In this document: positions 22,798 through 31,422 of the stretch, piece after piece
How the letters are laid out: the number at the start of each line of letters is the position of its first letter
How positions within the stretch are numbered: the first letter of the stretch is position 1
From: Coriobacteriia bacterium
Lineage (GTDB): Bacteria > Actinomycetota > Coriobacteriia > Anaerosomatales > JAAXUF01
Length of the DNA stretch: 64,000 nt
Assembly (NCBI GenBank): GCA_038245725.1
Contig: JBBRSD010000006.1
Location: forward strand, 41,036-105,035
Direction of reading: 5' to 3'
Program-made: the position numbers and the translations under genes
Notes under the pieces: generated by a model
Told to the model about the DNA's origin: nothing
What the model saw: only the letters and a program-made list of their open reading frames with translations
Database searches by the model: none

Positions 22798-23304
22798 TTA
22801 CGACTGGAAGTCCTCCGGAGTGACTGAGTCGAGGAACTCCCGGAACGCTGCGAGCTCGGTCTCCTCGTCTTGCAGAACGCCGGTCTCCTCGTCGATGGCG
22901 GAAGAGTCGAGGACCTCCTCGGCGACGAAGATGGGGGCACCCATGCGGATCGCGAGCGCGATGGAGTCCGAAGGCCGAGCGTCGACGACGAAGGAGCGGT
23001 CCTCGGCGCGCAGCACGATAGCGGCGAAGAACGTGCTGTCCTCGACTCGAGTGATCTCGACGCGTTCGACGAAGGAGTTGAGGGTCTCGAGGACGCTTCG
23101 CATGAGGTCGTGCGTGAGCGGCCTGGGTGGCTCGGCGCCTTCGAGTGCGAGGAGGATCGCTGTGGCTTCCGGGTGCCCGATCCAGATGGGCAGCACGCGG
23201 CCGTGGCCCGGCTCCTCGAGGAGTGGTTTGAGCACGATGACGGGCTGGCTCGACCGAGGATCGAGTGCGAGACTCGCGATGCGGACCTCGACCACGGTTT
23301 CCAC
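22798..23304 (-). CDS. Bifunctional nuclease family protein (DUF151)
   Basis: LPIWIG..EA, PPRPLTHDL, DARPSDSIALA. Confidence 0.92.
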   Translation of the reverse strand: METVVEVRIASLALDPRSSQPVIVLKPLLEEPGHGRVLPIWIGHPEATAILLALEGAEPPRPLTHDLMRSVLETLNSFVERVEITRVEDSTFFAAIVLRAEDRSFVVDARPSDSIALAIRMGAPIFVAEEVLDSSAIDEETGVLQDEETELAAFREFLDSVTPEDFQS

Positions 23305-23387
23305 CTCCGGCGTTCTTCGCGAGACGGGTACGAGCTACATGAGAGTCACATGATACCCCTGAGCGCCGAGTGTTACGGAGGAGCGCC

Positions 23388-23786
23388 ATGGATTTCGGCG
23401 TTACGACAGCCAGGCGCGAGCAGTTCGTCGACATCACTGGCTCCGTCGAACAGGCGCTCGCCGAGACAGGCCTGCGCGACGGCGCCGTCGTGGTGTACTG
23501 CCCCCACACGACTGCGGCGATCACCATCAACGAGAATGCCGATCCGGACGTCGTGCGCGATCTGATCGCCGGCCTTGAGCGGCTGGCGCCCCGAGATGCA
23601 GGCTGGCGCCATCGGGAAGGCAACAGCGACGGTCACCTGAAGGCGTCGCTGCTGGGATCGAGCGCGACCGTGCCCGTGACGGGCGGCCGTCTTGCGCTGG
23701 GGACGTGGCAGGGCATCTACCTCGCCGAGTTCGACGGGCCGCGCCAACGACGCGTGATCGTGACAGCGCTTCCCGGCGCCTCGTGA
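23388..23786 (+). CDS. YjbQ (UPF0047) family protein
   Basis: HTTAAITINENADPDV, HREGNSDGHLKASL, LGTWQGIYLAEFDGPR; ATG 23388 with GGAGG RBS. Confidence 0.93.
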   Translation: MDFGVTTARREQFVDITGSVEQALAETGLRDGAVVVYCPHTTAAITINENADPDVVRDLIAGLERLAPRDAGWRHREGNSDGHLKASLLGSSATVPVTGGRLALGTWQGIYLAEFDGPRQRRVIVTALPGAS

Positions 23787-23865
23787 ATGCGAGGAGCCGG
23801 CTGCGGTGCTTCCTTGCGTGGCGTGCGTTTCTTCGGTAAGGTATCGAAGCGTTTCGCTCGGCGAC

Positions 23866-23942
23866 GGGCCCGTAGCTCAGTTGGTTAGAGCGCACGGCTG
23901 ATAACCGTGAGGTCGTTGGTTCGAATCCAACCGGGCCCACCA
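23866..23942 (+). tRNA. tRNA-Ile (GAT)
   Basis: GGGCCCG acceptor stem, TAGCTCAGTTGGTTAGAGC D arm, CTGATAA anticodon loop, GTTCGAATC T loop, encoded CCA. Confidence 0.98.
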
Positions 23943-23953
23943 CACGCAAGTAC

Positions 23954-23990
23954 GAGAGACCTGCTGACAGCGTCGGCGGGTCTCTCTTGC
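23954..23990 (+). terminator. Hairpin after tRNA-Ile (probable terminator)
   Basis: GAGAGACCTGCTGAC/GTCGGCGGGTCTCTC stem; short T tail. Confidence 0.55.
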
Positions 23991-24121
23991 GCTGCGGGAA
24001 GCCTTCGGCTTGTGGCGCTACCCGCACCGACGCGAACTGGCCACTTGTCTGGCTCGGACGGGGCAAAGCGAGCGGACGTGCGCCGTTCGCACTGAAGCAT
24101 CGACCGTTCGACACGGCCTAT

Positions 24122-24149
24122 TCATGACGTGGGTCAAGAGTGCCGAAAT
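24122..24149 (+). promoter_or_regulatory. Putative sigma-28 (FliA/WhiG)-type promoter
   Basis: TCAT-N16-GCCGAAAT; same architecture as the 49699-49726 minus-strand site. Confidence 0.4.
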
Positions 24150-24426
24150 AGTTAGTACGCGAGGACCGGCCCCCTAATTCGGTTCGCGCGGGCCTGTGGA
24201 TGGACCCGACCCCAGGGCGCTCCTTGTCTGAAGCGTCCGGACGCGTGTTTAAGACACCTCACACCCGACCTGGATATCGAGCCTGAAGCCATGAACGATC
24301 TTGTTGGTCACGCGTGCACAATTCAATCAGGGCGGGGTCGAAACTGCGGAGGCATCCGATAGGCGGGCAGTGGGTTCGTCTGCTTTGGCATCAGAACGAG
24401 CCAGAGTCAACGGAAGCTGGGTGCAA

Positions 24427-27400
24427 GTGAAGGCGTCGAGCGTGGCATACGGTCGTCTCCGGCGACCGACGCGCGACATGCTGATGGTCGCGATTCTCGC
24501 GACCGCGGCGTCGCTCGCTGTCGCCCTGGGGGTCGCACATGCCATCACCGTCACCGCCCCGTCTGCCGCCGCGTCGAGCTATCTCGTGAATGCTGCGGCC
24601 AACTACACCTTCTCCGGGATGAAGACCACGAACAATCCCAAGGAGACGATCAGTAACCAAACAACTTCGACCGTTATCACGTTCCCTTCCAACTTCGTGC
24701 TCACGGGCATCACCGGGGTGTCGATCCCCGGCCTTAGCGCGACGGGGCAGTTCAGCGTCTCGGGTCAGACGATCTCGATCAAGTGGGCAAGCAACGTCAA
24801 CCGCAACAGGACCTTCACGGTCGTCATCAGCGGTCTGCAAAATACGTCGCAGCCGGGGTCGGCCGCGACGTATTCCATCGACGGAACCATCACTTCCAAC
24901 ACGAGCGCTACGAAAGTCTTGTGGCGACCGGCCGCAGCATTCATCGGCAACGCAACGGCGGTGACGGCAGTCACTTCAGTGCTCGACACGTCGGCCATTT
25001 CGGCGCCTTCGACCTACACAGTCGGCTTCACGCTGGGAGCGCAGGGACGGATCGCTGGAACGACAACGGCAGGCGGGAACACGATCACCATCACGTTTCC
25101 CGCCGGAACCACTGTCCCGGCCGGCCCCATGCCGAGCAATGTCACCATCAACGGGGTGGCGCCGTCAGCCGTCAGCGTGAGTGGGCAGGCGGTCACGCTG
25201 ACGATGCCCGCCGGCACGACCATTGTCGGTGGCCAAGCGGTCACCGTGGTCCTCAAGAGGGCATTCGGGCTGGTCAATCCCGCCACGATTGGAAATGCGT
25301 ATCAAGTGGGCATCTCTACGAGTGCGGAGACGGGCGTTGGGATGAGTGCGCCCTACACCATCGCGCTGGCCGTTCCGACGAACGTCAACCTTGCGTCCTC
25401 GAACCAGCCGGCAGCCGGGTTCGCTCTTCCCGGACAGACCGTCGTGGTCGACGGGTTCTCCCTGCAGCGCACCCTCGGGTCGACCCCGGCTACCGTATCG
25501 GCGGTTTCAGTCACGGATGCTGGTACGGCGCCCGCGACGACGGTGTCAGGTGTGCGCGCCTACCAGGACAACGGCGACGGGGTGTTTGGCGCCGGCGACG
25601 TGCTTCTGAACTCAACTCCAGCGACGTTCGTGGGAACGGCAGCGGCCGTGTCTTTCGATGCCGGGAAGTTGCAAACCATCTCCGACAGCCTGCCGCATCA
25701 GTACTGGGTGGTCTACAGCTTCGGTGCGGGGAGTGTGAACGGGGACACTGCGTCGTCCCAGGTTACGACGTTCACCGCGACAGCCTCGCTCTCGTCGATA
25801 CCAGCGGGAAAGAGTGCGACGTTCACCATCGACGCCATCGGGCCGACGACAGCATGGGCAGACCCGTCGGTCGATGCGACCACCATCACAGACGTCCCAA
25901 GCACGGTGATCGGCGGCACGTCTGCTGACACCGGTTCCGGCGTCGGCTCGGTCGTCGTGAAGATCCAGCGAGGCAGCGACGGACTGTGGTGGAACGGTGC
26001 TGCGTGGGCTGCAAGCCCCACATCCATGACCGCCGCGGCGACTTTGAACTGGACCTTCGGCTGGGATCTGCTCCCAACGAACCAGGACGGCACCGACACG
26101 TACACGCTATACGCCACCGGCATCGACACTCTCGGGAACGTGGGCCCAACGGCGGTGCGCTCCGGCATCATGGTCGACAACCGGATCCCGACGCTTGTCT
26201 CGGCGGTTGCGCTCGACGCAACGCATGTCGACGCCACCTTCTCGGAGCCCCTGGCGCCGACGAGCTCGGCCGTATTGCTCGCCGCCATGAGCTTCGACAA
26301 CGGCTTGTCGGCGACCGCGGCCACGCTCGATGCCAACGGGATCACCGTGCACCTGACCACCGGCGCTCAGGTGATCGGCGTCAACTACACGCTGACAGTC
26401 GCTATTGAATCGCTGAGCAACGCCCTCGGCATCCTGAACGAGGCGCCGAACACGGCGCTTTTCCTTAGCGGAGCAGTGCCGACCGTGGTCGTGACGCAGG
26501 GGACGGACCCGGGGCGTCCTTTGGCCGAGGTGTTCATGTCGCATGACGCGACAGCGGTCGTCGACGAGATCGTGCTCTCTGCATCAGGTGGACCCGCTAC
26601 CGCGGCGACGGTGACCGTTCGAGGCCTCGACACCTTTGCTACGCTGCGAGCCGATGTCGCGAAGATCTCTCTTTTCCGCGACAACGGCGATAAGGTCTTC
26701 GGACCCGGAGATACGCGTGTGAGCACGGCGAGCACGTTTTCGGCAGATGCGTCGGGAACGGCATTGACCTTCGCTTCGATCGGTTCGGTCGTCGTGCCGG
26801 GTTCGCCCGCGTCGTTCTGGATCGTGTACAAGAGCGGCTCCACGCCGGGGAACGGACACGAGGTGGGGAGCCGTCTCAAGAACGGAGACGTTGCGGTCAC
26901 CACCGCCACGGTTCCTGCGTTCGCGACGATCACGTCGGCCAACTCGGGCAAGACGGTCCAGATCGACATCGTGCCGCCGAGTGTGCCGGCGACAGTGGCC
27001 GCCAATGCCGTTGCGACGGGAAGCGTTGAGGTGACGTGGACTCCGTCGGCCGACGCCATCTCCGGTGTGGCCTTCTACGACATCTACCGCGACGGCTCGT
27101 TCATAGCCACGAGCACCTCGACGACATACACCGCGACCGGTCTCACGGCCGGGCAGAACTACTCGTTCTCAGTGAGTGCCGTTGATGCGGCGGGCAATGA
27201 ATCGGCGCAGAGCGCGGCGGTTGCGGTCACACCGCCGGCCGGCGCGATCTGGATGACGATCACCACGCCCGGCGCGGACCTGGGAGTCGATCTTGGGAAC
27301 CTCAGCCCCGGCACGGCCTCGGCGACGACCAGTGGCACCACGGTCGCGGTGGGTGGAGTAGGGGCCTATCAGTACGACTTGAGCGTTGACGCGCAAGACT

Positions 27401-27645
27401 TCGACAACCAGGCGCCGTCTGTGCCTCCCACCATGCCCGCATCGGTGATGTCGTATGCAACGCGCGGATGGGTGGTTGGCGGCCCAGCGGCACTCTCTAT
27501 CGCCCCGCAGTTGATCGCCAGCTCAACGGGAACCAAGTACACGTGGCTGCAGAGCTACATCTTCGACTACGACATCAACGTCGGCTACCAGTACTCCCCG
27601 GGCGTCTACACGTCGCACCTCACCTTCACGGTCGTGCAGAACTAG
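24427..27645 (+). CDS. Large secreted Ser/Thr-rich multi-beta-sandwich surface protein with an Fn3 domain and a WxL-like C-terminus
   Basis: Signal peptide ending VAHA; two repeats with a DNGDxxFGxGD motif; Ig-like GIDTLGN domain; Fn3 (VTWTPS..YDIYRDG..GLTAGQNYSFSVSAVDAAGNES); ends PGVYTSHLTFTV. Start uncertain (24301-24478). Confidence 0.8.
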   Translation: MKASSVAYGRLRRPTRDMLMVAILATAASLAVALGVAHAITVTAPSAAASSYLVNAAANYTFSGMKTTNNPKETISNQTTSTVITFPSNFVLTGITGVSIPGLSATGQFSVSGQTISIKWASNVNRNRTFTVVISGLQNTSQPGSAATYSIDGTITSNTSATKVLWRPAAAFIGNATAVTAVTSVLDTSAISAPSTYTVGFTLGAQGRIAGTTTAGGNTITITFPAGTTVPAGPMPSNVTINGVAPSAVSVSGQAVTLTMPAGTTIVGGQAVTVVLKRAFGLVNPATIGNAYQVGISTSAETGVGMSAPYTIALAVPTNVNLASSNQPAAGFALPGQTVVVDGFSLQRTLGSTPATVSAVSVTDAGTAPATTVSGVRAYQDNGDGVFGAGDVLLNSTPATFVGTAAAVSFDAGKLQTISDSLPHQYWVVYSFGAGSVNGDTASSQVTTFTATASLSSIPAGKSATFTIDAIGPTTAWADPSVDATTITDVPSTVIGGTSADTGSGVGSVVVKIQRGSDGLWWNGAAWAASPTSMTAAATLNWTFGWDLLPTNQDGTDTYTLYATGIDTLGNVGPTAVRSGIMVDNRIPTLVSAVALDATHVDATFSEPLAPTSSAVLLAAMSFDNGLSATAATLDANGITVHLTTGAQVIGVNYTLTVAIESLSNALGILNEAPNTALFLSGAVPTVVVTQGTDPGRPLAEVFMSHDATAVVDEIVLSASGGPATAATVTVRGLDTFATLRADVAKISLFRDNGDKVFGPGDTRVSTASTFSADASGTALTFASIGSVVVPGSPASFWIVYKSGSTPGNGHEVGSRLKNGDVAVTTATVPAFATITSANSGKTVQIDIVPPSVPATVAANAVATGSVEVTWTPSADAISGVAFYDIYRDGSFIATSTSTTYTATGLTAGQNYSFSVSAVDAAGNESAQSAAVAVTPPAGAIWMTITTPGADLGVDLGNLSPGTASATTSGTTVAVGGVGAYQYDLSVDAQDFDNQAPSVPPTMPASVMSYATRGWVVGGPAALSIAPQLIASSTGTKYTWLQSYIFDYDINVGYQYSPGVYTSHLTFTVVQN

Positions 27646-27680
27646 CCCGATCGAGCCGGCGGCGCCGCAGTAGCGGACGA

Positions 27681-29621
27681 CTAGCGGAGCAGGGGAGTCA
27701 GCTCCGGCGCGGCCGCCGTCAGTGTGGCACGCACCTTCTGGGCATCAGCTGTTCTTCCCGCGGCCACGGCGCTGTAGTACTCGTAGAGCAGCATGCGGGG
27801 CCGCTGCACGTTGGAGTCCGCGAGTTCTGCCAGCAGCTCCTCGGCGGTCTGCGGGTCGGCGGTCACGGCTGCGAGATGGGCGCGCTCGAGCAGGGCATCG
27901 GGGTTCTGGGGCGCGAGCACGAGCGCACGATCGACGCGATCGCGCGCCCAGGCGAGGACCGCGGGATCCGGCTTGAGGCCGTAAAGGTCCAGCGCCGGCT
28001 GCGCGAGCAGAGCGAGATAGACGCCGTTGCCCTCGAGGGAGCGCGCGGCATCGACGTCACGCCGGTACGCTTCGAACGACACAGCGCCGGCTGCGAGCCC
28101 CTGGCCTTCCTTGTAGAGAACGGCGTAGCGCACGTACGCTCGCGTTGGCTGGATGGCCTGGGCCGCGCGCAGCATAGGGAGCCCGGAGGCGGGAGTGCGC
28201 GCAGCGGCCCCCAGCGTTGCGAGCATATCGCCAGCGACTGCCGTGACGATGAGGAGCGCGGCCACCCCTGCGAGCAGCCTCGCCGCGAGGCGCAGGCGCT
28301 GCCGGGAGGGGGCCGCAGCCTGCTGGGCGGAGTCGGTCTTCTCGGCAGTGGCGGGCCGGGCGAGCGGCGCGAGGGCGAGGCCGGCGACGAGCGCGGGCAG
28401 CGCCGAGAAGCGATCGTTCCACGGCATCACGAACATGCAGGCGCCGAAGGCGACCGCCGAGATCACGTACGCGGTCCTCGCCGAGGAGACTCCGCCGGCC
28501 AGAGCCGCGCGCCCCCATGCGACCGCGAACGCGATGACCGCGAGTGCGCCGATGGCGCCCACACTCACGAGCACCATCAGCGGCAGCGAATGCGGGTCGC
28601 GCAGCAAGCCGGAGATGCCCGTGTAAGGCGCCGACTCGAGGCGCACGAGGGTAAGCGTAGCGGCGTGTTGCGACGCGAACTGCATCCCGTCCGGCCCGAA
28701 TCCCAGCACCGGGCGCGTGAGCCACGCGTCGTAGGCGGTGCGCCACATCTCGAGCCGCGTCTGGACGGTCGGGCCTGTGAACGTATCGCGAACGAGTGCG
28801 GAGATCCCGAGATACGGTGCGGTGAACGTGGTGACCGTCAGCGCGACGCCCAAGCCGAGGCTGATGCCGAGGCCCACGAAGCCGGCGCGACGAGCGAGCG
28901 CGGCTTGGCCGAACAGTTGTGGGGCGAAGAGCGCCAGCGCGATCCACTCGGCGACGAGCGCGACGATCACGGCGCTCGACGTTCCGGCGACCGCAGCGAG
29001 CGACATGAGAACGGCGGCCGCTAAGAAGAGCGACCGCCGGGCGCCGACTGCCAGTCGCGACGACACGAGCGCCAGCGGGACGAGCAGCAGCATGATCATG
29101 CCGAGATAGTCGCCGTTGCCGAACCCGCCGGTCGCCTGGTGCCCGCCGACGGCTTCGACGAGCCCCACGACCGCACTCGCCGATCCCAGCCCGACGGCAA
29201 CGGAGACGGTACGGTGCAGCACCGGAGCAAACCGCTGCCGAGACGCGATCACGATCACCAGCAGGGCGGCGAGCCACGTGGGCGCGCCCATCGCTTCGCC
29301 CTCGGCACCGAACGTGAACGTCTGAGCAGGCGTGGGCGATAGCGCCGACGCGACGAGCACGACCGCCGCGAGAGCGGCCGCCGAGGTCGCGAGCGCCCGC
29401 CACGCGGGGCCAGCGTCAGCCGACCACAACTCGTCGGGCGTGGCGAACGCGAGCAGCAGCGCGCACGCTGACGCGAGGATGCCCGCGAAGCCGAGCGTGG
29501 GCTGGAGCAGGCCGAAGCCGGGGAGGAGCAGTGCGGCCGCAGCCGGAACGAACGCGGATGCGGCGGCGATGACGAGCGCCACCTGGTGTCTGCGAGACAG
29601 AGCGTTCGACGGTGCACTCAT
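27681..29621 (-). CDS. O-antigen ligase (Wzy_C/PglL-like) polytopic membrane protein with C-terminal TPR-like helices
   Basis: GGFGNGDYLG, RLEMWRTAYDAWLTRPVLGFGP, DPHSLPLMVLVSVGAIG; many TM segments; RALVLAPQNPDAL TPR-like tail. Confidence 0.82.
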   Translation of the reverse strand: MSAPSNALSRRHQVALVIAAASAFVPAAAALLLPGFGLLQPTLGFAGILASACALLLAFATPDELWSADAGPAWRALATSAAALAAVVLVASALSPTPAQTFTFGAEGEAMGAPTWLAALLVIVIASRQRFAPVLHRTVSVAVGLGSASAVVGLVEAVGGHQATGGFGNGDYLGMIMLLLVPLALVSSRLAVGARRSLFLAAAVLMSLAAVAGTSSAVIVALVAEWIALALFAPQLFGQAALARRAGFVGLGISLGLGVALTVTTFTAPYLGISALVRDTFTGPTVQTRLEMWRTAYDAWLTRPVLGFGPDGMQFASQHAATLTLVRLESAPYTGISGLLRDPHSLPLMVLVSVGAIGALAVIAFAVAWGRAALAGGVSSARTAYVISAVAFGACMFVMPWNDRFSALPALVAGLALAPLARPATAEKTDSAQQAAAPSRQRLRLAARLLAGVAALLIVTAVAGDMLATLGAAARTPASGLPMLRAAQAIQPTRAYVRYAVLYKEGQGLAAGAVSFEAYRRDVDAARSLEGNGVYLALLAQPALDLYGLKPDPAVLAWARDRVDRALVLAPQNPDALLERAHLAAVTADPQTAEELLAELADSNVQRPRMLLYEYYSAVAAGRTADAQKVRATLTAAAPELTPLLR

Positions 29622-29727
29622 AGGCTCGGCGCGGCCTCCTCCCCGGTGCGCGACTGACTTCGTTGGAAGTCTACCATCACGCCGGGGAGTGCTGAGGCCG
29701 TCCGGTTACGTGTTGTGCTGTCGGCCG

Positions 29728-31206
29728 CTACGAGAGCGGCGTGCCGTGCCCGATGTTGGGAGCGGCTGCTGCGACGCGGGGCTTGGGAGCCGCGCTTGTG
29801 TGCGCAGTCCCGCTCTCGCGCGGGGCGTCCGTCGTGCGACGGAACGTCTTGCCGCCGGTACCGGAGCTCTGCTTGGCCGCTCCGCCGGTCTTCTGTCCCT
29901 GGCTCGCGCCGCTGCCGCCCTGGCGCGACTGGTTCCCGCCACTGGCACCTGCGCTCGCGCCTTGCTGCTGTCGGCCGCGGCGTGCGTTGCTGCCCGGGCG
30001 ACCCTTGCGGCCGCTACCGGGGGTGACGCGCTGCTGATTGCGCTGAGGCTGTGCGGTGCGCTCGGGGTCGGGCGTGATGCGCCCGTCCTTGTAGACGAAG
30101 CCGTCGTGGTCGGCGCAGTTGAGCACGATGTCAATCGTCTTCTCGATGTCGCGAAGCTGATCGTGCTCTTCGGGAGCGAGGAGAGAATACGCGCTCCCGC
30201 TCTTGCCGGCGCGAGCCGTGCGGCCGATGCGGTGGACGTAGTCCTCAGGCACGTTCGGCAGGTCGAAGTTGATGACGTGGCTGATCTCATCAACGTCGAT
30301 GCCGCGCGCGACGATGTCGGTCGCCACGAGCACACGGTGCCGCCCGCGCTTGAAGCCTTCGAGCGCTTCTTGACGCTGCGACTGCGAGCGGTTGCCGTGA
30401 ATCGCGGCGCCGCGGATGCCGCTTTGCGCGAGCACCTTTGCGACCTTGTCGGCGCGGTGCTTGGTGCGGGTGAAGACGAGCACGCGCTCGAGCTGGTGAT
30501 CGCTGATGAGGCGGAGCAGCAGGTCCATCTTCTGCTGCTGGCCAACCGGGTAGACGGTCTGTGCGATGCGCTCGATGGGCGTGCTGGGAGGGGAGACTTC
30601 GATCCGGATGGGGTCGTGCAAGGTGTCGCCGGCGACGCGCATGACCTCAGGTGTGATCGTCGCCGAGAAGAGCAGGTTCTGGCGCGACTTCGGCAGCAAC
30701 GCCAGGATGCGCTTCACGTCGGGCAGGAAGCCCATGTCAAGCATGCGGTCGGCCTCGTCGAGAACGAGAACCTCGACGTGGGAGAGATCGCAGTCGCGGT
30801 TGTTGCACAGGTCGAGAAGTCGGCCGGGCGTTGCTACAACGATATCGGTGCCGCGGCGCATCGCCTTGGCCTGCGGCTGGTAGCCGACGCCGCCGTAGAG
30901 AGCGACGACGCGGTGGTGGGTGAACTTGGAGGCCTGACGGGCGACGCCATCGATCTGCAGCGCCAACTCGCGCGTCGGGGTGATGACGAGTGCTCTCGGT
31001 GACTTCGAGCCGGAAGGGATGCGCTGAAGCAGCGGCAGCGTGAATGCCGCCGTCTTGCCGGTGCCGGTCTGTGCGCAGCCGACGACGTCTTTACCTGCGA
31101 TGATGGCCGGGATGGCCTGTTCCTGAATGGGGGTGGGGGCGTCGTAGCCCATGGCGCCCACGGCCTGAAGAAGGCGTGGGTCGAGACCCAGGTTGTCAAA
31201 ACTCAA
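29728..31206 (-). CDS. DEAD-box RNA helicase (RhlE-like)
   Basis: Q motif PTPIQ, AQTGTGKT, PTRELA, DEAD, SAT, HRIGRTAR, basic Gly-rich tail. TTG start 31206 with AGGAG RBS. Confidence 0.96.
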   Translation of the reverse strand: MSFDNLGLDPRLLQAVGAMGYDAPTPIQEQAIPAIIAGKDVVGCAQTGTGKTAAFTLPLLQRIPSGSKSPRALVITPTRELALQIDGVARQASKFTHHRVVALYGGVGYQPQAKAMRRGTDIVVATPGRLLDLCNNRDCDLSHVEVLVLDEADRMLDMGFLPDVKRILALLPKSRQNLLFSATITPEVMRVAGDTLHDPIRIEVSPPSTPIERIAQTVYPVGQQQKMDLLLRLISDHQLERVLVFTRTKHRADKVAKVLAQSGIRGAAIHGNRSQSQRQEALEGFKRGRHRVLVATDIVARGIDVDEISHVINFDLPNVPEDYVHRIGRTARAGKSGSAYSLLAPEEHDQLRDIEKTIDIVLNCADHDGFVYKDGRITPDPERTAQPQRNQQRVTPGSGRKGRPGSNARRGRQQQGASAGASGGNQSRQGGSGASQGQKTGGAAKQSSGTGGKTFRRTTDAPRESGTAHTSAAPKPRVAAAAPNIGHGTPLS

Positions 31207-31422
31207 GAAGTTAGCTCCTGTTCTGTGCGCCGATGCGGCAGCACTGCGTGTAGACGCAGCTGATCCGACGGCAACAGAAGAAGCGTGGGACAACCGAGTC
31301 CGGGATGGCGCGCTACAGTAGTGCAGCGCGTGGCTTGCCGACGAAGTGTACGCGCCCTGAGCGTAAAAGGGAAATCGGGGGCGCCGCAGCGGACGGTGCG
31401 CGCCGCTTCCGCGCAGGCCCGA

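Noticed and set aside
24342..24366. Similarity AACTGCGGA..CATC..TAG.CGG between 24342 (+) and about 46303 (-)
   Set aside because: Short, gapped and without flanking similarity; plausible by chance in GC-rich DNA.
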